From Glycera tridactyla (Eukaryota), in assembly GCA_965644265.1 (NCBI GenBank), contig OZ286459.1, forward strand, positions 33,108,001-33,172,000: DNA of 64,000 nt, in the 5' to 3' direction. The position numbers were made by a program, and so were the translations under genes. Of the stretch, positions 52,061 through 61,598 are shown in pieces; position 1 is the first letter of the stretch, and each line of letters begins with the position of its first letter. The notes beneath the pieces were generated by a model that was not told the origin of the DNA, made no database searches, and saw only the letters and a list, made by a program, of their open reading frames with translations.

Positions 52061-53257
52061 ATGAGATTGATTGACTTAGTACTTAATACAGTGAAACCTG
52101 TCTTGGGAGACCCCTCTTTTGGGAGACCAGCCTCTAATGGCTGACCGCTCTTCATCGGCTCTTCTCTATTTGACAAAGTCAAATATACCTCCAATGAGAG
52201 ACCACCTGTCTTGAAAGACCACGTTTTGTTGGCGTTTGGGGTGGTCTCCAAAGACAGGTTCTACTGTACTAAGCATCTCTTCATATGAGACTGAAGGAAT
52301 GGGGTATACAGTCAAACCTGCTCTAAGGACTACCTCTCTATAAAGACCACCTGCTTATAAAGGCCACGTTTTGATGTGGTCTTTATAGACAGGTTTGATT
52401 GTATGTGGACTAGATAATCAGATTATTGCCATTATTGGACAAATAGGAGCATAAGAAGTAATACAATGTACCTACAGTAAAACCTGCCACAATGCAAAGA
52501 AAAAACATCCCAAATGTCACCAAAAAGTGGGCTTGAGAAATAGTAGTCTCTCGTCAGACTTGACTTTGGAATCCTGGCAGATGCTAGTATCCATTTTCTA
52601 CATGTAACTTGAATGAAGGCTGTTGAAAGCTTCAATATGTTTACATACAGTACTGTAACCATCCAATGAGATTGATTGACTTAGTAATACTCAGCATCTC
52701 TTCATATGAGACTGGAGGAATGGGGTATACAGTCAAACCTGCTCTAAAAACCACCTCTTTATAAAGACTACCTGCTTATAAAGGCTACTTTTTGATCTGA
52801 CAGAAGGTCGTTTTCATAGACAGGTTTGACTGTATGTGGACTAGATAATCAGATTATTGCAATTAATGGACAAATAGGAGCATCAGTAGTAATGCAACTA
52901 CAGTAAAACCTGCCACAATGCAAAAAAAACCACATCCCAAATGTCATCAAAAAGTGGGCTCGAGAAATACAGTCAAACCTGTATTCAGCAACCACCCTTG
53001 GGACAGTGAAAAGTGGTTGCTTAAGACAGGTGGTTGTCTAATACAGGTTAATTATAGTGAAAAATACTCTGGAGGGACTTTCATAAGTGGTTGCTTAATA
53101 CAGGTGCCCTTTATAGCAGGTTCAGCTGTAGTGGTCTCTTGTCAGACTTGACTTTGGGATCCTGGCAGATGCTATTATCCATTTTCTACATGTAACTTGA
53201 ATAAAGGCTATAGTTGAAAGCTACAATATGCACATGTATACAGTACTGTGACCATCC
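52061..53257. repeat. Local tandem duplication (52061-52665 and 52666-53257); each copy carries a MITE absent from the other
   Basis: Both copies start ATGAGATTGATTGACTTAGT and end ...TACAGTACTGT(A/G)ACCATCC. Copy 1 has MITE B at 52089-52266; copy 2 has MITE C at 52970-53128. Confidence 0.9.
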
Positions 53258-55140
53258 GCTGATGAAGGAATATATCATATATTGTTGTGCTGTAGAAGCT
53301 TAGCAGGTAGCTGGGTCATTTCAGGTAATACAAAACCCATCCTTACATGTGATTGTCCAGGTGGTGAGTGTATGCTTGCAATTTGAATTCTCATCCAGGT
53401 ATTGGACCAATACCAATTGCAGATGGGGGGGGGGGGGGGGGGCGTTGTGTGACTGGGCTTTGGACCAATATGAAGGTGAAAAACAATGTCATTACATATT
53501 GCAATATGGAAGAAATGAATTGATGAAACAGAAATATACTTCTATGTGAAGCTACTGGAATTTCCAGGGTAACAATTGTATCATACATAAATGTTGCAAA
53601 TAAAATTGAAAACATGGGCCAATACTTCTGGTGTCATTTATTTCTTTGGTCACTGGTGAATGAGCTCGAAAGGAAACTGAAGAGATTTTTTTCTGACCAT
53701 TTTGTGACCCAAGCATTCTTTGCCGCACACATACGTCACTCACGCTATGCATCTTGGGTAATCCACCTAGCAACTCACGGCCGCCATTTTCGTGACCGCA
53801 AGCGAAGAGCTGTCATCACATGCATTCCCCCCTTCTTACTATACTTTACTCAAGAAAAACCATGATAACTTCCGAACCACACAACCAATTTTTACAGTTC
53901 AAAGACTAAATGAAAGCTAAACGTATTTTCTATGAGATTCTGTAGTCTGACTGCGATTGATGGAGGGATTGCTGAGCAATCATGAAGTGATTTCAGCAAA
54001 AATATATACGGCACTAACTCGCTGTGTCAAGCCAACCGTTACATGTATTCTCAATATTTCAAAAGTGGTTACTTGAATGGAGAAAACGATCACAAAGAAC
54101 ATGAAAGGCTGGTTGTCAGTGAGCAGTGTCGTTATGCCCTGCTATCGGTAGGGATTAAGGAGAGGCGTGAACCACTGATGTCAACTTCACACGCAGCCGT
54201 GGATTCCTATGGCCGGCTACGATATTAAGTCCCGCTGTTTTGAATGCTCCGTATCTCACTTTGCATACTCTTACATCTTTGGGGCTAAATTTCTCAGGAA
54301 CCATTCAATTGATCACGAAAGCAAAGATACGAATGAAATGGCCATAATCTGCAGATTATTTGCTGTTAGTTTGATCGATTTCTGTGGACATTATCAGTGA
54401 TGAATTTGGCTGCAAAAATACTATTTTACGGCAAACTATCGGCGATCCGTGGGCCGAAAAAGTTGCCATAACCAGAGTGATGTTTGATTTTTCATCTTGA
54501 TCCCAACATCAGAACCCTTGGTCATATGTTTTATCAATCTGGCAACGATTTATTGAACACGAAATCACCCACTAATTGAGAAAAGTATGATTTAGCATCT
54601 TCTCCTTATTCCCGTATTGAGTTTGACAGCTCCGCTTGCGGTCTTAAAAATGGCGGCCGCCGTAACTAACGGGTCCGAGCATGCGCATTGGTGATCTGTG
54701 CGGCAAAGAATTGAATTAAATAACTTTGGTGACAAATGTGGAGAGGAAAGAGTGGAATTATGGAAACACATAGGTTGAAACTGAAAGAAGTTCTTGTGGT
54801 GCATTCACAGTGGAAACTCAGGTTGGTACCAGAAAAATGCAATTTGTGGTCCATGTAGAACAAAAATTGCGACCACACAAGATATTTGCGCTGGATACAA
54901 GTCAGAGTAGGCTATAATAGCACACTAATCTACACACGAGGGAAGTGACCCAGTTGAGACTGAGATGGTTCTTTAGGGTTAATGGGTTGGTCACATGCAC
55001 GGAAATCTCAGCACACGGGATCAAGTAAAGACTAGTTTTAAACGCGTCAAATTAGTTGTCAGTAGTGGGTTTAAGTTGTTAGACGGTGACAGCGACATGG
55101 ACTCCACTTGGACAACGTGTGAAAGCCGTACGCTGCTCAC

Positions 55141-55290
55141 CGGCCTCTCGTGACAGCTGTGAATGAAGCTGGCAGTGGCTGACTGAGCGCGTGGGAGTCC
55201 ACCCGAAACGACAAGGAGGAAGTTGCGTTCACACGCCTTCTCAAACACAACAACTTTGTTGAATCAACACTGACCAGCGCCACATGTGTG
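55141..55290 (-). other. Candidate non-coding first exon of the CYRI gene (start approximate)
   Basis: Minus-strand donor CCG|GTGAGC at 55141/55140 inside the CpG-rich block; same strand as the coding exon at 16321, and no ATG in its 3' ~140 nt. Confidence 0.4.
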
Positions 55291-55719
55291 GGGATATAGC
55301 CGTAGAGACAAACAGTACTTACGTTTTATCTCTCGAGGAAAGTAGAACAACAAAATCGAAGTATTCCAGGAGTTGCGCGAAGTGCTGCAAGCGAATCAAC
55401 TTTACGTGTATTCCACAGGACGCTCTTGTTTTGGGGGCCAAGTTGACCTACTTCCGGGTTAGCTCATTGCACGGCCGTATCCCATAATTTAACCGCGATT
55501 GTCCATATATGGAAAATGCTCAGAATCGGGTCAACCAACCGAACAAAGCCGAAGCCTTCCGACGACCAAAAGGCCAAGATAAAGATTTCCGTTTTACGAT
55601 TCTTACGTCCAAAAGTCATATATTTAGGTATTCAGTTCGGATTGTGCCATAAGCCATGTTTTTGAGCACTGGCCACGATTACAATTGCGCTCACGCCATC
55701 ACGAGGCGGACCGAGCGCT

Positions 55720-55842
55720 TCCGTTGTAAACAGCGCGATCGTCTGCTTCACTGCACGCACGTGGTTGTTCGGTGTTGATTGCATCAGTGGGATAATTTTC
55801 TGATTCGTGGCTGGCATCGACGACAACTCTATTTCACACTTG
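55720..55842 (+). other. Candidate non-coding first exon of the plus-strand gene (start approximate)
   Basis: Donor TTG|GTATGT at 55842/55843; a strong acceptor precedes the ATG exon at 61588. Confidence 0.33.
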
Positions 55843-58800
55843 GTATGTCACATGGATGCATGTTTGACCTGCGTCTAAACACTGATGACCGCGACTTTGA
55901 CTCCAAAGAGCGTGTAGAAAGCCAACGTGTCGCTGTTGATCTGTTGATGGATCTCGCGTCGTCTGCTTGATGTTGCTGTGGTATGTTCCATATGAAACGT
56001 CGATATGTTATAAACACAGTTATCAGATAATTCACCACCAACCATTGTACTCGAATTTGGGAACTAAATACCCGCACAAGTAGTCTTCTGGGGTATTTCA
56101 ATGAAATTAGCAATTCCATAAGATTGTCCATTGAATGAAGGCCTGAAATGGAACACGTCACTCAAAGCTTTGAGATTCTTTCTGAAAACAATCTTGTAAA
56201 ATCCAGCATGTACATTTCCAACATGTCACATTGTTCATCCCATCACATTTCTCAATAGCTTTGTCGATGGGGATTGGGGCCACAAAATCAGGGATTTCCT
56301 TGTTTGGGAAAATATGTGGGTTTTTCGGGTACATTGATGCAGATTCCATGTACCATTTCAGATTTGTATGTGCCCACATATCAGGTCGGGCTCCGAGCGT
56401 CGATCGACGAACGGAACTGGAAGTCACCTTTTGTCGTCGCCCGTCGGAACTCAACGATCAAAGACGAAAATTGAACGAATGCAATTGGTCATCTCCGTCT
56501 GTGTATCACGGGCGTTGTCATAAATTGACGAGCATACTGCGCGAACCAGCGGGCGCTGTCGAATTTGGCCTGCCACCTACTGGCGAACCCCTGAGTTGTA
56601 GACGTCAAACACGAGATGGCGGGTCAAAAGACTCGGAAAATTCGGACATGCTGATTTAAATCTTAAATAGCAAAAAAATCGCTCATAGGATCGAAATTTC
56701 GCTCATGGAATCGATTAAAAACAACCTCCAAATTATTATGAACCAAGTGAGATGACTCCTGCTCACATCACTGCAATTTTACAGAAGTTCAAAGTTAAAG
56801 TTTGAGTGACAGTTGATACGATATCGCAACTTCGCAGTTGTCCTGTACACGGACACTTGCTGATACTGGCTTCACCTTGGTCTCGTTTGATCCGGATTCT
56901 GATTGGCTTGTCATAGGAATTGAAATATCCAATCAGCTCCGAGTTTACAAATTTCTACCGTAGCATTCATGAGCCGCATCATGTCATTGGCTGAGAGCCG
57001 GAAGTCGGCCTTCACTTCCGGTTTAGCGTTCGCCGATCGACGAACGATTCGCCAATCGACGTATGGTTCGCCGATCGACGGCCTACGCCTGGCCTGCATA
57101 TCAAAGCATGAAATATCACATGTGCCTTATCGGCACAGAATATACGGTTTATTGTGCCATGTCATTTTGCAATTTCATGTGCCATTTAGCACAGGGCACA
57201 GAATAAGGACAGGTATCCTTGCGAAATGAGTGGCGCCCCCCCCCCCATCTCTCTCTCTCTCCTCTGTCTCTCTCTTCCCCTTTCTTCGGATCTATTGTGC
57301 ATCCTGCTTATTTCATGTACTCTAAATGAAAGTCTCAGTTGCCATGCACTAATGTGATTGATTGATTGATCATTGTTTAACGTCCTCTTCATACCACATG
57401 GGTAATTTCGGACGATATGTGATATTGTATGATAAACTGATGAATATGTTCTTTACCATTACTTGATGAATGCATATTTTTCAATGAGATGGCAATTCGT
57501 TAGGAAATACATTTCTGGCAATGTTTTACCCATATTCTGGTCTCATATGATGCATCACAGTCATTTGGGTTCTCAGAATGCATCATCATTCTTGTAAAAG
57601 ATGCCTAAATAGAATGTTCAAAGATGCAGGAGATATTATATGCGTACAAAGATCACAAGTAGCTATGCTACATGATTTTTTTCCTGTCAAGATACTTGCC
57701 TGAAAGTATTTTTTCACACATTTGCATGATTCAGAATAGAGAAAAAGAATATTTCCATGAGGATATTGGATGATTTGTTTTTTTTATAGGCAGATTTCAA
57801 ATGACAAAAAATGGCGTTTTTAAGGGTAGTTTGCAAGAAAATATTGAAAATCTGACCCCACCCTAATACTCATGCAATTACCAAAAAGAAATTGTCAAAC
57901 CTGCCCATACAGAATCTATAGGTGTTGAGGAAAGTTTGCAAACATTGAAATGTACCCTGCAAATGTCTTATGATGACCAGAAAGAGTAAGAGTGAGCCTC
58001 TAAAATGGCGCGAATGTCTAATTGCATAGATATGAGGTGGAGAAATCCATTCTGAAAATATATGTCATTAAATTGTACTCAATCCAATTAATGAGGTCAT
58101 GGTGGAATTATATACTCAATTATTTTGCTTTCCTTTGAGAATAGAACATAGTAGGGAAAGATAGCCATCCACCTACTCAGGGCAGGTCAATCCCCATGTG
58201 GGCAGGTGAAATGAGAATTTACTTAAACCATGGGAGGCAGAAAGCTGACCATACCAACTGACTATGTAGTTATGAAAAGGCTGGTAAATAATTGAGGTGG
58301 GCAGATGACTTAAATATCTTTTCATCCTGCAGGAAAATAGCTGGGAATACCCATGTATATCATATTTCATTGCTTGATGACCATGGATATCCGATACATA
58401 ACACACCTACCATCACATGATAAATACAGTCCAGTGCATTACAGTAATCTTGCCAGTAATCCCTCATTTCAATATTTCCACCAACACCAACTATACTTTC
58501 AAAGCAGTGCTAATCAGAGATTGTCCCAAGATGTGTCTGTCTTCCGGGCACATCAAATAAACACACATGTCATGAAGGAAGCGCAAATCAGGGATTTTCC
58601 TAGGTTTGGCCTGTGTCTTCTGGGCACACCAAATAAACACACATATGATAAAGGGATGAGCCCAGTTTGTATTGAATTCTTGGATGCATTTCACAGACAT
58701 CACATATCATAGTTCATTGAAGAGAACTTTGCTTTTCACTGCTCAGAAGTTCTTTTTCAGTCAACAGAATGTGATAATTGAGCTTCTTCCTTGGGGCGCA

Positions 58801-61161
58801 ATATTACCTTTGGGAACATGAAGTCTCTGGTATATGCCTTATGAGCACATGCAATTTCCTCTAGGAATATCTCTGCATGATTATTACCATCTTCATTGAA
58901 TATGCATAATGGAATACAGTTTTGATCAGCCTTGCATATGGGGAAGATTCAGTCTTTTATCCGAACCTCTTACCTGTCGTCATCGGAGCTTCATGGCGTT
59001 CAACAAAAAATCTACCAAAAATGATTGATGTCTCAACATTTCACACTGCAAACTTGTAAGTAGGATGACTGGGTTTATGAAAGTGATTGGTGGTGAAAAA
59101 AATGCACAAATGTGAAGTAAACACTGATGAGGTGTGAGGGAATGCATCCACAAAGGTGGTCAATTTAGCCATTTTTCCGAAAACCTATCATTGAAATCTG
59201 CTTCAGAATCACCCATGACCGGGGATTACCAACCAATATCCCCAACAGTCATAATCTAAACAATATTCTGCAGATAATGATATATGATAGAAGGGTGTAA
59301 TGGGTTGTTAACTCCACTTGCTGATGATTTTTTGTCCAAAAATTGATCTCAAAAAAAGTTGACTCAACAGAGAAACTTCTCACTGTGCATTACACCTACC
59401 TTAGGACATTGGCCCTTCATCCCAATCTTAATATCTCACAATTCAATTGATTAAATGGGCCAAATGGGCCGTAACACAGAGGCTGTCACAGTGGGGTCAG
59501 CTTTTTGTACATCTTGTGCTGGCACCGACTGCAGCGCCACCTAGGCTGTTTGGCATCGCTATCACAAGAAGTTCCATATGGTTTAGCCTCTTGTACACTA
59601 CCCAAGATTCCTGACCCTTCTGAGTTTATTGTCCGTGTCTATTTGTGTCATTCTAAACGACCGCCACGTTTACCATCATAGGCTTCAAGTGGCCGGGGTG
59701 GAGGGAGTGAGGGGGGGGGGGTGAAATACGTTGAAACCCAATGAAAAACATACGATGTATATTGAAAAATACGGATGACCCAAGAGCTGCAGCTTCCTGG
59801 AATCATCCAATGATGTGTTGATACTGCGTGTCTCCAATACGACAACACGTAATCGGAACTACAGCGGATGCTGTTAGTATTACCACTTTTTCGACGATAC
59901 AGTAGGTGGCGCTTACGAATTTCCAAGTAGCTAACTTGGTTTCCTCGTCAGATGCCGTGCATCTACTGGTTCAGTTGGACCGGGAAAGAGTGCTACCAAG
60001 TAGCATGAGATTATCAGCAGCCGTGTGTGCACGCCAAATGCTTCGACCTGACCCGGCAGATAACCTGGTTGTCTCGTGGAAAGCGATCAAGTAGGACCAA
60101 GCGGTCTGGAACTACTGAAACTACCCCCCCCCCCCCTCCGAATGAGGTGTCACTAGCAGTACAGTTTTCAAGAGAAAATAAATTACTGCTAGAGAAGAAA
60201 TACCTACTCTTCCGAATTGATTGATTGATTGATTGAGTACTGTTTAACTCTTCCGAGTCTTGGTTTTTGTGTCCTGGATAAAAAAAAATCACTTATGGAA
60301 GACCAATCATCGAAAAATATGGGTACCTGCACTAACAGATTACCCGTGCATCGAGTACGTACAGAAACCTGCTGGATGGGGGATTTTGCACCGAGAAGGG
60401 AGTCTCAAGAGATATGGGGGATTTTTCTAAAGGGAAGAGGAAGTCATATATATTCAGAGTTTTATTATTGACCCAGGATCCCCCCACAGGCTACCATATA
60501 GCGATACATCATCTATGTAGCAGACAGGTGGGGCACTGGAGTGGATGAGATAAGCTACCACCACGTGACCATACCACCTTCGCCACCGCTGCCGCTACCG
60601 CTGCCACTAGCAAAGATATGGATTTCAAAAGTGCCTGTTTAGGCAGGTGACTGCTTAGGACAGGTTAAACTGTACATTCCACAGCAGTTTACCCAGCATT
60701 ACCTCAAAAGACAAAGGCTCCTTAAGAAGTACATATCTTTCGATACAATACAATAATTACACATTTAGAAATAACAATCACAATTTGGAAAAGATAATGG
60801 CTGATTAGGAATGGTGGGAAAGGCTGGCCATCAGGAGTGCAGTTAAAATGGAACAGCAGGGACGACTCGTGAAGATTTCGGGCAGCGTTTTCTCAAATCT
60901 CATTATCAACGTTTGATCTGTGTGTGACTTCCACCACAGTTGCATATGGCCCTGAGTACAATAATGGTTGTGAATTGGAAATGGCTTCACCCAAAATGCA
61001 ATATCTGACCCACATGTTTGCCTCAGCTGCTCCATGACTAGTATACATTATTGTATTCATCTGAGTGTGTTTCTGGGAGTTACTTATTGACTGCTCAAGG
61101 AAAGGCCCTCAGCCTTAAACCCGTGAATTCCATCTGAGAATTTCCTTATGAATGATATCCT

Positions 61162-61545
61162 TCTGCCGCTGTTGTTATTGTTGCTGTTATTGGTAATGCT
61201 GCTGTTGTTACTGCTACCACTGCGAATTCCTCCTCCTCCTCCTCCTCCTCCTCCTCCTCCTCCTCCTCCTCCTCCTACGCCGCTGCTGTTATTACCACTA
61301 CCACCACCATCACCGCCGCCACCGTCGCTACTACTACCACCACCACCACCAACCTCACCATCGCTGCCACCACCACCATCACCTCCGCCACCATCCCCAC
61401 CACCACCACCACCACCACCACCACCACCACCACTACCATCCCCACCACCACCACCACCCTCATCCACCCCCACCACCATCGCCACCACCACCACCACCAC
61501 CACCACCGTCGCGGCCATTGCCACCATCACTACCACTATCACCAC
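61162..61545. repeat. Compound trinucleotide low-complexity tract: (CTG/TTG)n, (CCT)n (61228-61276), (CCA)n/(CCG)n
   Basis: Read directly from the sequence; ends about 40 nt before the acceptor at 61587. Confidence 0.92.
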
Positions 61546-61598
61546 TTCAACCTCTATTGTTCGATTTCTTCTGTCCCTATTTTTCAGACAGAAGCACA

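Larger units (their letters stand above)
55000..57100. promoter_or_regulatory. CpG-rich promoter-like region, probably bidirectional
   Basis: CpG density is sharply higher than in the intronic background. It contains ETS CCGGAAGT motifs (55450-55457, 56998-57005, 57014-57021), a CArG box CCATATATGG (55503-55512), and divergent splice donors at 55140 (-) and 55843 (+). Confidence 0.6.
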
